Shown here: positions 18,909 through 28,082 of the stretch, in pieces
Layout of the letters: the number at the start of each line of letters is the position of its first letter
Position numbering within the stretch: the first letter of the stretch is position 1
The notes under the pieces: model-generated
What the model was told of the DNA's origin: nothing
Database searches by the model: none
Seen by the model: the letters and a program-made list of their open reading frames with translations, nothing else
Program-made: the position numbers and the translations under genes
DNA from: an uncultured Bacteriovorax sp.
Lineage (GTDB): Bacteria; Bdellovibrionota; UBA1018
DNA: 64,000 nucleotides
Assembly: GCA_964508305.1 (NCBI GenBank)
Contig: CAZDSX010000001.1
Span: 43,388-107,387 of the forward strand
Direction: 5' to 3'

Positions 18909-18924
18909 GAGCCGAGGCGACCCC

Positions 18925-20490
18925 ATGGCGCACTTGAACCTGGACTTCAAAAAAGTAGAACGCTGCCGGCAGCTCGCCCGAGAGATCTCGGCTCCCGTCG
19001 AGCAGATGATTGATCGACATTCGACCATTGCGATCGAGCGAGCGACGCTCCGCCTGATCGGCGTTGATGGTGCCGTCCAGCAGGCCCGCCAGGTGGTTCC
19101 CGAAGTGAACATCATCGTCGATGATCTTCAAAAGGCAGGCGCGCTATCGCGAGGGGTGCTCATTCCGTTCGTCAACGGCTTGATCCAAACTGGCCTTGGC
19201 GTGAAGGAGCTCGCAACGCAGGCTGCCTTGCGCAAGGTCAAGCTCTCGGAACTTCCGCCATCCCCGGAAGATGCAATCCGCAAGCGGGTCAAGGAGCTTT
19301 GCCGGCAGGCGGTGGAAGGACTGGATTCCGCCCGCAACCTCAGGGACCGGAATCGCGCGGATTGCGGGGACAGGTTTGATCCTTCCGGAAAGGGCGGCCC
19401 GATTCTCTATGTGATCGTGGCCACTGGAAACATCTACGATGACGTGATCCAGGCCAAGGCCGCGGCACAGGCGGGTGCCGACGCAATCGCGGTCATCAGA
19501 AGCACGGCACAGTCTCTTCTTGATTATGTCCCCCATGGAGCCACGACCGAGGGGTTTGGCGGGACTTACGCCACGCAGGAAAATTTTAGGATCATGCGAG
19601 CTGCCCTGGATGAGGAGGGAAAGCGGCTGGGGCGCTATATCCGACTCACCAACTACTGCTCCGGGCTTTGCATGCCTGAGATTGCGGCACTGGGGGCGAT
19701 CGAAAGGCTCGACTTCCTGCTTAATGACGCGATGTACGGGATCTTGTTTCGTGACATCAACATGAAGCGAACGCTGATCGACCAGCATTTCTCGCGCAAG
19801 ATCATTGCCCGCTCACGGATCGTGATCCATACGGGGGAGGACAACTATCTCACCACGGCAGACGCAACTGAAAATGGCCATCAAGTCCTGGCCTCCCAGT
19901 TCATCAACGAGCGTTTTGCGAGCCACGCCGGGATGTCCGAAGACCTGATGGGTCTTGGTCACGCCCAGGAGATGAACCCTGAACACCCCAATGTGTTCCT
20001 GCTCGAGATTGCCCGAGCCCAGATGACCCGCGATATTTTCCCGCGCTCTCCCATCAAGTTCATGCCGCCCACGCGCCACAAAAGCGGAGACATCTTCTAC
20101 AGCCATCTGATGGATGCGATGTTCAACTTTGTGGGGGTCTTGACCGGGCAAACCATCCAATTACTTGGGATGGCGACTGAGGCGATGCACACTCCGCTCC
20201 TTCAAGACAGGTGGATGAGCATCAAGAACGCCAAGTACATCTTTAACGGGGCCAAGGACCTGGGCGTGGACATCACGTTCAACCCGGGAGGTCTGATCGA
20301 TTCGTGGGCAACCAAGGTGCTCGACGACGCGCTTGCGCATCTCGAGATGATCCACGCCAAAGGGATGTTCCGCGCCATCCAGGAAAAGGCCTTTGCCGAG
20401 GTCAGCCGCCGCGAAGAGGGCGGCAAGGGGCACGACGGTGTGTTCCTGCGAGCGCAGGGCTACCTGAACCCCTTCTTTGAAATCCTTTAA
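18925..20490 (+). CDS. kamD: lysine 5,6-aminomutase alpha subunit
   Basis: LNLDF, SGPLLYVIVATGNIYDDV, AAAQAGADAIAVIRSTAQSLLDYVPHGATTEGFGGTYATQENFRIMR, YIRLTNYCSGLCMPEIAALGAIERLD, GEDNYLTTADA, LGHAQEMNPE are KamD-family blocks. RBS taggag before ATG 18925. The upstream extension in the tool ORF is rejected. Confidence 0.9.
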   Translation: MAHLNLDFKKVERCRQLAREISAPVEQMIDRHSTIAIERATLRLIGVDGAVQQARQVVPEVNIIVDDLQKAGALSRGVLIPFVNGLIQTGLGVKELATQAALRKVKLSELPPSPEDAIRKRVKELCRQAVEGLDSARNLRDRNRADCGDRFDPSGKGGPILYVIVATGNIYDDVIQAKAAAQAGADAIAVIRSTAQSLLDYVPHGATTEGFGGTYATQENFRIMRAALDEEGKRLGRYIRLTNYCSGLCMPEIAALGAIERLDFLLNDAMYGILFRDINMKRTLIDQHFSRKIIARSRIVIHTGEDNYLTTADATENGHQVLASQFINERFASHAGMSEDLMGLGHAQEMNPEHPNVFLLEIARAQMTRDIFPRSPIKFMPPTRHKSGDIFYSHLMDAMFNFVGVLTGQTIQLLGMATEAMHTPLLQDRWMSIKNAKYIFNGAKDLGVDITFNPGGLIDSWATKVLDDALAHLEMIHAKGMFRAIQEKAFAEVSRREEGGKGHDGVFLRAQGYLNPFFEIL

Positions 20491-20514
20491 GACGATCCGG
20501 CCAGGAGAGAAGAC

Positions 20515-21387
20515 ATGTCCTCGAAAGCAGCAGTGGTCGACCTGAAGAAGCTCAAGCCCTATGGCGACATCATGGGGGATGGAACCATCCAGATCTCCTT
20601 TACCTTGCCGGTTGAGCCTTCACCCGAGGCCCGCGAGGCCGCCATCCAGTTGTGTGAAAAGATGGGGCTGGACCAGATCAAGGTTGCCACGATGGAGAAG
20701 GCTGCCGAGGGGTTCGCGCTCTTTGTGGTCTATGCCAATGTCCGCCACACCGTGGACTTTACCAAGATCCATGTCGTCAAGGTCGACGCCCAAAAGCGTT
20801 CACGCGAGGAGATTGATGAGATCATCGCAACCCAGATTGGACGAAAGCTCGTCGTCATGGGGGCCTGCACCGGGTATGACGCCCACACCGTGGGCATCGA
20901 TGCCATCATGAACATGAAGGGCTTTGCCGGGGACTACGGGCTGGAGCGCTACCAGTGGATCGACGCCCGAAACCTGGGCGCGCAGGTATTGAATGATGAG
21001 CTCCTGAAAAGGGCGGTTGCAGAAGGGGCGGATGCGATCCTGGTTTCCAAGGTGGTGACCCAGCACAACATCCACATGCGCGACATGAAGGATCTCATGA
21101 ACCGTGCAAGGCAAATGGGCCTGCTCGAGAAGATCATCTTCGTTGCCGGTGGCCCTCGCGTCACTCATCCTCTCGCACTGGAGTGTGGGTTTGATGCGGG
21201 CTTTGGAGTGGGAACCAAGCCCTCGGACGTTGCCAGTTATATTGTCGAGGAATTCATCAAGAGGATGTCCGCCCAGAAGCAGCCCGCCCCCGCTCCACAA
21301 GCGCCAAGGGCAAAACCAAAGGCCCGCGGAAAGCCGAGTCCGAAGCCCAAGGGCACTTCGCGTGCGGGCTTGCGCAAACGCCGCTAA
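20515..21387 (+). CDS. kamE: lysine 5,6-aminomutase beta subunit (B12- and PLP-binding) with an extra ~45-aa basic Pro/Lys/Arg-rich C-terminal tail
   Basis: KLKPYGDIMGDG.IQISFTLPV, B12 DxHxxG motif GACTGYDAHTVGIDAIMNMKGFAG (with the PLP Lys), ILVSKVVTQHN, IFVAGGPRV. Tail QKQPAPAPQAPRAKPKARGKPSPKPKGTSRAGLRKRR. Confidence 0.9.
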   Translation: MSSKAAVVDLKKLKPYGDIMGDGTIQISFTLPVEPSPEAREAAIQLCEKMGLDQIKVATMEKAAEGFALFVVYANVRHTVDFTKIHVVKVDAQKRSREEIDEIIATQIGRKLVVMGACTGYDAHTVGIDAIMNMKGFAGDYGLERYQWIDARNLGAQVLNDELLKRAVAEGADAILVSKVVTQHNIHMRDMKDLMNRARQMGLLEKIIFVAGGPRVTHPLALECGFDAGFGVGTKPSDVASYIVEEFIKRMSAQKQPAPAPQAPRAKPKARGKPSPKPKGTSRAGLRKRR

Positions 21388-21409
21388 GGCATGAGAATCG
21401 GGCACAAGC

Positions 21410-22339
21410 GTGATGAAAAAATCCTCTCCCCAGCCAAAAGCCAAGCCGAATAAAAAGACCGCCACACCGTCACACCTGCTCGTCGGTCGTGGGCAGGAGT
21501 CCGCCTCGGTTCGCGCCTGCCTTGAGGCAGGTCGCAACGTGCTCCTGGAGGGGCCTGTCGGAGTGGGAAAAACCCAGCTCGCCCTGTCCATTTGTGAGGG
21601 GGCAGGACGCAAGGTTTTTCGCGTCGATGGAGACGGAAGGTTCACGGAGCAAAAGCTCTCGGGCTGGTTTGATCCGCCACTTGTCATTAAATTTGGTTAC
21701 TCCGCCAAATCCTTCGTTGCGGGCCCTCTCGTGGAGGCGATGATAGAGGGAGGGATTCTCTTTATCAACGAGCTCAACCGCCTCCCGGAAGGCGTACAAA
21801 ACGTGCTTCTTCCGGCAATCGACGAGCGTCGAATCGTGGTCCCACGCCTGGGACAGGTGGTGGCTGCCGATGGCTTTGCCGTTGTTGCAACACAGAACCC
21901 GAAGGAGTTCGTTGCCACCTCTCACCTGAGCGAGGCGATCTTGGATCGCTTTGAGCTCGTCGTTCTGGATTACCAGAGCGAGGAAGAAGAGCGAAAGATC
22001 GTCTCCCGCACGGTATCGGATGCAGTTTTGGTGGAGGCCTCTGTGAGGCTTGCCCGGATCACCCGCAATCATCCACGCGTCAAGCGTGGTGCTTCAGTTC
22101 GCGCAGCCCAGGCTGTAGCTGAGATCGCCCAGGCCTTGCTCGCGGGACGAGGCTCAGTCCCAAGCCGCCGCGAAGCATTTGTGGCCGCCGCACTCATTGC
22201 CCTTCCCACGCGTATCGAGATTGAACGGGATGCAGACTCCACGCAGTCGCACGCAGCCGAGGTCTCTTCCTTGGTTGAGTCCTGCGCCGAATCGGCAATG
22301 TCGGGCGAGGAGATGGTCGCCTCAAAAAAAAAGACCTGA
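21410..22339 (+). CDS. MoxR-family AAA+ ATPase
   Basis: Walker A LLEGPVGVGKTQLA, Walker B ILFINELNR, ATQNP...LSEAILDRF sensor/arginine-finger region typical of MoxR/RavA-like ATPases. 309 aa. Confidence 0.8.
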   Translation: MMKKSSPQPKAKPNKKTATPSHLLVGRGQESASVRACLEAGRNVLLEGPVGVGKTQLALSICEGAGRKVFRVDGDGRFTEQKLSGWFDPPLVIKFGYSAKSFVAGPLVEAMIEGGILFINELNRLPEGVQNVLLPAIDERRIVVPRLGQVVAADGFAVVATQNPKEFVATSHLSEAILDRFELVVLDYQSEEEERKIVSRTVSDAVLVEASVRLARITRNHPRVKRGASVRAAQAVAEIAQALLAGRGSVPSRREAFVAAALIALPTRIEIERDADSTQSHAAEVSSLVESCAESAMSGEEMVASKKKT

Positions 22340-22437
22340 CTGAGCGCCAACAGGGGGCGGAGCAGGCGCAGCCCTTCAAGCGAGCGGAGATCCAGTTCTC
22401 ACCCCCGGAAGAGTCCGGGGGGCTTCTTGATCCCGGA

Positions 22438-23307
22438 ATGGAAGCTGACGACGGGGAGATGCTCGATGCGGGAGTGTCGAGCGCCTGGGATGTGGCCACG
22501 CGCTACCATGAATTCAAGGCCAAGCCATCGCTGAAGAAGGTGGCCCACCATCTCCGCGAGATCTCCACGGAGGCGATTCTTGAAAAGGCGCGCTCGGTGT
22601 TGGGGTCCGTCGTGCATCCGACCAAGGTGGATCTTTCACCCTGGGACAGCGTGCCCGCCTCGGCCGAGGGTGTCGAGCTTGAGCTTGATGAGACCACTGA
22701 AGGTGCGCCTGGAATCTTGCGTGGGGACGTGGTGTCGGCAAGCCAGCTGATCATGGAGTACCGCACTCGAAGGGTCCAGCCAGTGATCATCGCGGTAGAT
22801 ACGAGCCTGTCGATGACTGGAGAAAAGCTTGCGCTCACCGCCGTGGCATTAGCCGTTGTTCTGCTGCAGTTTCCCGAGGACCCCATCGGGATCGTTGCCT
22901 TTGAAAACCGCCCCCAGGTGCTCAAGCTCCCCAGTGAACGGATCAGCGTGCGGGAGCTGATGGCGAGGTTCCTCGATGTGCCGGCTCAGGGTTACACGCA
23001 CCTTGAGTCAGGGATTCAGGAGGCCCTCCGCCTGGTGGGTGAGACCGAGGCCCGAGGTGGAGGACGCCCACCGGCAGTGCTGCTGCTCACGGACGGAAAA
23101 TACACGGCCGGTCGAGACCCGGCTTATCTTGCACCGAGGTTCAGGCAGCTCAATGTCATGAAGATGGGACCCGAAAAGTCGAGTTTACCACTCTGCCGCG
23201 ATCTGGCGCATCGCGGTGGGGGCAGCCTCAGAGAGGTCGCCGAGCTCGAATCCCTGCCAGCGGCAATGTACGGCGTCGTGAAGGATCTGCTTCGCGGCAG
23301 GCGATGA
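22438..23307 (+). CDS. von Willebrand factor A (VWA) domain protein, partner of the MoxR ATPase
   Basis: MIDAS motif IIAVDTSLSMTGEK. ...VLLLTDGKYTAGRDP. The frame is open upstream back into the moxR 3' end. Confidence 0.75.
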   Translation: MEADDGEMLDAGVSSAWDVATRYHEFKAKPSLKKVAHHLREISTEAILEKARSVLGSVVHPTKVDLSPWDSVPASAEGVELELDETTEGAPGILRGDVVSASQLIMEYRTRRVQPVIIAVDTSLSMTGEKLALTAVALAVVLLQFPEDPIGIVAFENRPQVLKLPSERISVRELMARFLDVPAQGYTHLESGIQEALRLVGETEARGGGRPPAVLLLTDGKYTAGRDPAYLAPRFRQLNVMKMGPEKSSLPLCRDLAHRGGGSLREVAELESLPAAMYGVVKDLLRGRR

Positions 23308-23359
23308 GGTTCTTTTTTTGGTTGAGCCAACCCGCCATTGGAGTATCTTCGGCCCACCT

Positions 23360-23557
23360 ATGCGCAAAGACTATAAAATGCAGGGAAAGCTCGTGAAGAT
23401 CTCCATCGAAGTGGAAGAGCAGGTCGCCACTGTGCTTGCCGAGATGGAGAAGTTTTCCAAGCTGACGCAGTCCGAGCTCGGCAACACGGCGCTCAAGCGC
23501 TTCATCACCCATCATAAGGACTTCCTGCCCCCCGGCTACAAGGCCAAGAGCCAGTAA
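23360..23557 (+). CDS. small hypothetical protein (about 65 aa, possibly ribbon-helix-helix-like)
   Basis: High GC3. MRKDYKMQGKLVKISIEVEEQVATVLAEMEKFSKLTQSELGNTALKRFI. Convergent with the downstream lipoprotein gene. Confidence 0.35.
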   Translation: MRKDYKMQGKLVKISIEVEEQVATVLAEMEKFSKLTQSELGNTALKRFITHHKDFLPPGYKAKSQ

Positions 23558-23558
23558 G

Positions 23559-24116
23559 TCACTCCTGGGCGGCGCGATCCACGAGAACGAGGTGGATGCT
23601 GACCAGGGCGTCCTGGATCACGCTCGTCGACTTTCCCGAAACGGATGCAGTCTCGGTCACCAGGATCGAGGACTTGTCAGCGGTTTCCCAGGCGAAATCC
23701 CAAGTGTCATTGGAGAGCTGCTTTTCGAGCCTCTCCTGGGTCATCTGAACGCGCATCAGCAGGCGCAGTTTTCGGAGCGTCTTGCCCGGATGGTCCTCGG
23801 GAAGGGTAATGCGAATCGTGCCCTCACGGCGCAGGGATTGGATCTGTTCCGAGGACACGCGCAGCTGGAGATCCGAGCCGGAGGACTCCAGTTCCTGGCT
23901 GAGAAGCTCGTCGTCCGGAATCCAGCGAACCTCGATGGGTGTCCCTTCCACGTCGGCACGCACGCGCTGGACGGCCTGGGGCGAGGGCGAAGATGCCGGA
24001 ACCACGCGCTGGGGCTCACCGCTTCGAAGCACGCTCTTGTGGACGCTGGGAGCGATCGGGGTGCAGCCTGTGGCGGCAAGCAGGAGGATTCCGGTGATCT
24101 GGCGCGCATGCTTCAT
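23559..24116 (-). CDS. hypothetical lipoprotein
   Basis: Start at MKHARQITGILLLAATGC (lipobox). No recognisable family. Confidence 0.45.
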   Translation of the reverse strand: MKHARQITGILLLAATGCTPIAPSVHKSVLRSGEPQRVVPASSPSPQAVQRVRADVEGTPIEVRWIPDDELLSQELESSGSDLQLRVSSEQIQSLRREGTIRITLPEDHPGKTLRKLRLLMRVQMTQERLEKQLSNDTWDFAWETADKSSILVTETASVSGKSTSVIQDALVSIHLVLVDRAAQE

Positions 24117-24227
24117 AAGGACCGCATTATCCAAGGCCCATGCCATCGGACGATCGATCCCAAGCCCGTCAAATGACGAGCGAAGCCCCCAACCCATCCG
24201 CGAATGCGGTGTTGTGGCCGTGGGCGG

Positions 24228-24250
24228 GTGTAAAAAAGTTTTACACCCTC
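24228..24250 (-). terminator. stem-loop downstream of the ETF/FeS-oxidoreductase operon
   Basis: GGGTGTAAAA-aag-TTTTACACCC perfect 10-bp stem, 10 nt past the stop at 24261. Confidence 0.4.
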
Positions 24251-24260
24251 GTGTGAATCC

Positions 24261-26234
24261 TCAGGTGGCCTGGTCCATCAGTTCGGCGATGTCCATGACC
24301 TTGACCTTGTCGAGCATCTCTTTGCTCTTCACGCCGTCAGTCATCATGGTCATGCAGAACGGGCACGAAGAGGCAACGATCCCTGCGTGGGTCTCGAGGG
24401 CTTGCTCGGTGCGCGTGATGTTGATGCGCTTCCCGATGTGCTCTTCCATGAACATGCGGCCCCCGCCGGCGCCGCAGCACATCCCGGAATCCCGGTTTTG
24501 TTTCATCTCCACCAGTCGCGCAGAGGGAATGGACTCAATCACGGTGCGCGGCTGCTCGTAGACGTTATTCCAGCGTCCCAGATAGCAGCTGTCATGGAAG
24601 GTGATCGACTCATCGACCCCCTTGGTGGGCTTGAGCTTTCCGTCCTTGATCAGCGAGGCAATGAACTGGGAGTGGTGGAATACTTCGTAGGTTCCGCCAA
24701 AATCCTTGTACTCGTTCTTGATCGTGTTGAAGCAATGCGGACAGGCAGTGACGATCTTCTTGATGCCATGGCGATTGAGCGTCTCGATGTTGGCTTGTGC
24801 GAGCGTCTGGTAGAGGTATTCGTTTCCGATGCGGCGAGCCGGATCGCCCGTGCACTGTTCTTCGTTGCCCAGGATTGCAAAGCGGATCCCGGCCTTCTTG
24901 AGGAGAGACACAAAGGAGCGAAGCACCTTCTTGTTGCGGTCATCGAATGAGCCCGCGCAGCCCACCCAGAGCAGGACATCAATCTCGGGGCTTTCGGCCA
25001 TGGTGGGTACCGAAAGACCCTCGGACCACTTGTCGCGATCGGCAGAGCTGAATGCCCAGGGGGTGGCGTTTGTTTCGAGATTCTTGAAGATGGTTCCGAT
25101 GCCGTCGGGCATCTTTGACTCCATCATCACAAGATTGCGGCGGATGTCGAAGATCTTGTCGGTCTGCTCGATGAAGACAGGACATGCGATCTCGCAGGCG
25201 CGGCAGCTGGTGCAGGCCCAGATGACGTCTTCGGTGATGTCCTTTCCGATCAGCGGCTTGAGCTCATCGGTCTTGCCGGCAAGGATGGCGTCCTTGTTCT
25301 CGTAAAGGTTGTGCTTGATGTCGAGGACCAGGAGCTTGGGGCTAAGCGGTTTCTGGGTGTTCCAAGCAGGACAGAGATCCTGGCAGCGCCCGCATTCGGT
25401 GCAGGCGTAGGTGTCGAGCGTGTCCTTCCAGCCGAGGTCCGTGATTTTTGCGGCGCCATATTGCGTGACACTCTCGTCCGCAAAATTGATCGGGCGCATG
25501 GCCTTCTCGCGAGTGAGCTGGCGCAGGAAAGTGTTGGGCCCTGCCGCAATGATATGCAGGTGTTTGGAGTGCGGGATGTAGGCAGCAAAGCCAAGCACAA
25601 ACAACATGTGCACCCACTTGAAGGCGGTGGCCATGGCCGCATTGCCCTCTGCGCTCAGCCCAAACCCGAGGAATGCATCCGCCAGATGCCGTGAAAAGAT
25701 GAAGTGCTCGGCATGGCCTGCCGCAGTGCTCAGGATCTGGAACCCGTTCATGCACAGGATCGAGATCATGAGCGAACCCGTGAATGTGAGCACGATGTTG
25801 GCGTCGCGCGATTGCCCGAGGCCTTCTGGCCGGATCACCAGGCGCCGGTAAAAGGCTCCACCCACGGCAAAAAGGATGGCTACCGTGAAGAAGTCCTGGA
25901 CCGAGATGAGCGGACCGTAGACGGGACCGAGGAACTCGAAGCTCCAGCTCGTGTTGAGCGTGGAGGCGAACTGTTCAAGGGTTCCAATCGTGATGATGAG
26001 AAAGCCCCAAAAGATGATCGTGTGGAGGATCCCGATCCCCTTCTTGCGCAGAACCGCCTTCTGCCCAAGGACGTGGATTGCCGTGTCGATGATGCGGGCG
26101 GGGATGTCGGTCAGGCGATTGCGGACGGGGCCCTTCTGGGCCTTGAGCATCTCAAAGAGGATCTTGAAGCGAAGCCCCGAGTAACCAAAAGCCGCACCAG
26201 CCACCAACAAAAAGGCGAACGTTTGCCATGTCAT
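24261..26234 (-). CDS. membrane-bound FeS oxidoreductase of the ETF:(mena)quinone oxidoreductase type (NarI-like b-type TM domain + 2x[4Fe-4S] + two CCG cysteine-rich domains)
   Basis: N-terminal TM helices, CTECGRCQDLCP and CTSCRACEIACP ferredoxin motifs, and C-terminal HdrD/GlpC-like CCG domains (CPHCFN..., MCCGAGGG). 657 aa. Located next to etfAB. Confidence 0.8.
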   Translation of the reverse strand: MTWQTFAFLLVAGAAFGYSGLRFKILFEMLKAQKGPVRNRLTDIPARIIDTAIHVLGQKAVLRKKGIGILHTIIFWGFLIITIGTLEQFASTLNTSWSFEFLGPVYGPLISVQDFFTVAILFAVGGAFYRRLVIRPEGLGQSRDANIVLTFTGSLMISILCMNGFQILSTAAGHAEHFIFSRHLADAFLGFGLSAEGNAAMATAFKWVHMLFVLGFAAYIPHSKHLHIIAAGPNTFLRQLTREKAMRPINFADESVTQYGAAKITDLGWKDTLDTYACTECGRCQDLCPAWNTQKPLSPKLLVLDIKHNLYENKDAILAGKTDELKPLIGKDITEDVIWACTSCRACEIACPVFIEQTDKIFDIRRNLVMMESKMPDGIGTIFKNLETNATPWAFSSADRDKWSEGLSVPTMAESPEIDVLLWVGCAGSFDDRNKKVLRSFVSLLKKAGIRFAILGNEEQCTGDPARRIGNEYLYQTLAQANIETLNRHGIKKIVTACPHCFNTIKNEYKDFGGTYEVFHHSQFIASLIKDGKLKPTKGVDESITFHDSCYLGRWNNVYEQPRTVIESIPSARLVEMKQNRDSGMCCGAGGGRMFMEEHIGKRINITRTEQALETHAGIVASSCPFCMTMMTDGVKSKEMLDKVKVMDIAELMDQAT

Positions 26235-26325
26235 AGAGTGCCTAACAGTTTAAGCGCGCGGCCTATCTGCAGCAACCGAGAACGGCAAAGGATGGCTTGA
26301 GGCCAGAAAATTGGCGCTCGAGAGA

Positions 26326-27294
26326 TCAGTGCTCCTTGAGCTTCTTGAACTCGTCTTTCAGAAGCGGCGCCACGGCAAACAGGTCTCCCACGATCCCGTA
26401 GTCGGCCACCTGGAAGATGGGCGCCTCGGGGTCGGTGTTGATGGCCACGATCACCTTGGAGGTGCGCATGCCGGCCAAGTGCTGGATGGCTCCGCTGATC
26501 CCGCAGGCGATGTAGAGATTGGGGGAAACGACCTTGCCGGTCTGGCCCACCTGGTCGCGGTGCGGGCGGAAGCCTGCGTCCACGGCTGCGCGGGAGGCGC
26601 CGACGGCTGCGCCGATCGTATCAGCCACTTCTTCGAGGATCTTGAAGTTATCGGCGTTCTTGAGCGAGCGACCGCCCGAGATCACGGTTCCTGCCTCGGT
26701 CACATCCGGACGTCCGGCCTGGCCCTGGACCACTTCGGTCACTTGGGTCGTCACGCCGGAGAGCGACACTGCCACGGTCTGGACGGCAGCTGACTTGGAG
26801 GTGTCCGCCTTGGGCATGCCCAGGGCGTTTGCGCGAACGGTCGCAAGCTTTGGGCCCGCGCCCAGGAATTCCACTTCGACCGTGGCCTTGCCCGCATAAA
26901 CCGGGCGGCGGGCCACGATCCCGTTTCCTTCAAACTTGAGGCTGATGCAGTCGGTGGCAAGCCCCGCGCCGAGACGGGCTGCGACCTTCGGCATGAAGTC
27001 ACGGCCGGTCGGTGAGTGGGCGGCCAGGATCACGTCGGGCGAAAGCGCCTTTGCGACCTGCACCACGACCTGGCTGTAGGCCTCGGCCGTGTAGAACTTC
27101 AGGCCCGCATCGTTTGCGACGTGGACCTGGGCGGCACCATAGTGTCCAAGTTCGGCAGCAAGGCCCTGGATGCCTTCTCCGAGGAGGAGGACATGGGTTT
27201 CGTTGCCTGCGGCGCTTGAGGCGCCGACGAGTTCAAACGAAGTCTTCTTGAGCTTGGAATCGCGCTGTTCGGCGATGACGAGTACTTTTGCCAT
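26326..27294 (-). CDS. etfA: electron transfer flavoprotein alpha subunit
   Basis: [10 protein letters not shown]..., FAD-binding C-terminal region [34 protein letters not shown]. Confidence 0.9.
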   Translation of the reverse strand: MAKVLVIAEQRDSKLKKTSFELVGASSAAGNETHVLLLGEGIQGLAAELGHYGAAQVHVANDAGLKFYTAEAYSQVVVQVAKALSPDVILAAHSPTGRDFMPKVAARLGAGLATDCISLKFEGNGIVARRPVYAGKATVEVEFLGAGPKLATVRANALGMPKADTSKSAAVQTVAVSLSGVTTQVTEVVQGQAGRPDVTEAGTVISGGRSLKNADNFKILEEVADTIGAAVGASRAAVDAGFRPHRDQVGQTGKVVSPNLYIACGISGAIQHLAGMRTSKVIVAINTDPEAPIFQVADYGIVGDLFAVAPLLKDEFKKLKEH

Positions 27295-27296
27295 GA

Positions 27297-28070
27297 TTAG
27301 AGCACCTTTGCTTCTTCGTGGAGGAGGCGAGCGAGTTCCTTGGCCTGTGCAGCCGGCTCACCGGCCAGCTTCTTTCCTGCCTGCTTGGGCGGCGGGAGCT
27401 GGAAGTTCTTGTAGCGGATCTTCTGGTCCGCGTCGGTCACGCCGAGGTCGGATTCCTTGAGGACCTTCACTTCCTTCTTCTTGGCCTTCATGATGTTGGG
27501 AAGGCTTGCGTAGCGCGGTTCGTTCATTCCCTTTTGGGCTGCGATGAGCGCAGGAAGCGGAGTGGTGACGATTTCGAAGGCACCGCCTTCGACTTCGCGC
27601 TTGCACTTGAGCGAGGCCGCTCCGTACTCGACATTGAGCACGACGGTGACATACGGCAGCCCTGCAAATTCGGCCACAAGCTGGCTCACTTGCGCGGAAC
27701 CATCGTCGATGGCCTCCTTGCCCGTGAACACGATATCAACCTTGGGCTCCTTCTTGAGTGCCGCAGCCAGCGCCTTGGCCGAGCGATAGTTGTCCGCACC
27801 TTCGGCAGCATCGACATGGATTGCGTTGTCTGCTCCCATGGCGAGCGCCGTGCGGAGGGTGTCTACCACGCGAACCGGACCAGCCGAGATCACGGTGACC
27901 GTGCTGCCTGGATTCTTGTCGCGAAGGCGGAGTGCCTCTTCGACTGCGAACTCATCATAGGGCGACATGATCCACTTGATTCCCGTGGTGTCGATGCCGG
28001 TGTTGTCGCCGTTGAGCTTGATCTTGGTCTCGGTGTCCGGAACCTGCTTGATGCAGACGTAGATGTTCAT
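27297..28070 (-). CDS. etfB: electron transfer flavoprotein beta subunit
   Basis: MNIYVCIKQVPDT...IKW.MSPYDEFAVEEALRL..VTVIS.GP matches canonical EtfB. Confidence 0.9.
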   Translation of the reverse strand: MNIYVCIKQVPDTETKIKLNGDNTGIDTTGIKWIMSPYDEFAVEEALRLRDKNPGSTVTVISAGPVRVVDTLRTALAMGADNAIHVDAAEGADNYRSAKALAAALKKEPKVDIVFTGKEAIDDGSAQVSQLVAEFAGLPYVTVVLNVEYGAASLKCKREVEGGAFEIVTTPLPALIAAQKGMNEPRYASLPNIMKAKKKEVKVLKESDLGVTDADQKIRYKNFQLPPPKQAGKKLAGEPAAQAKELARLLHEEAKVL

Positions 28071-28082
28071 AAGTGGCCCTAT

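Noticed and set aside
18811-18924. Upstream extension of kamD (MATDTRQ...)
   Set aside because: Overlaps the kdd 3' end. The conserved KamD N-terminus begins at MAHLNLDF with a good RBS.
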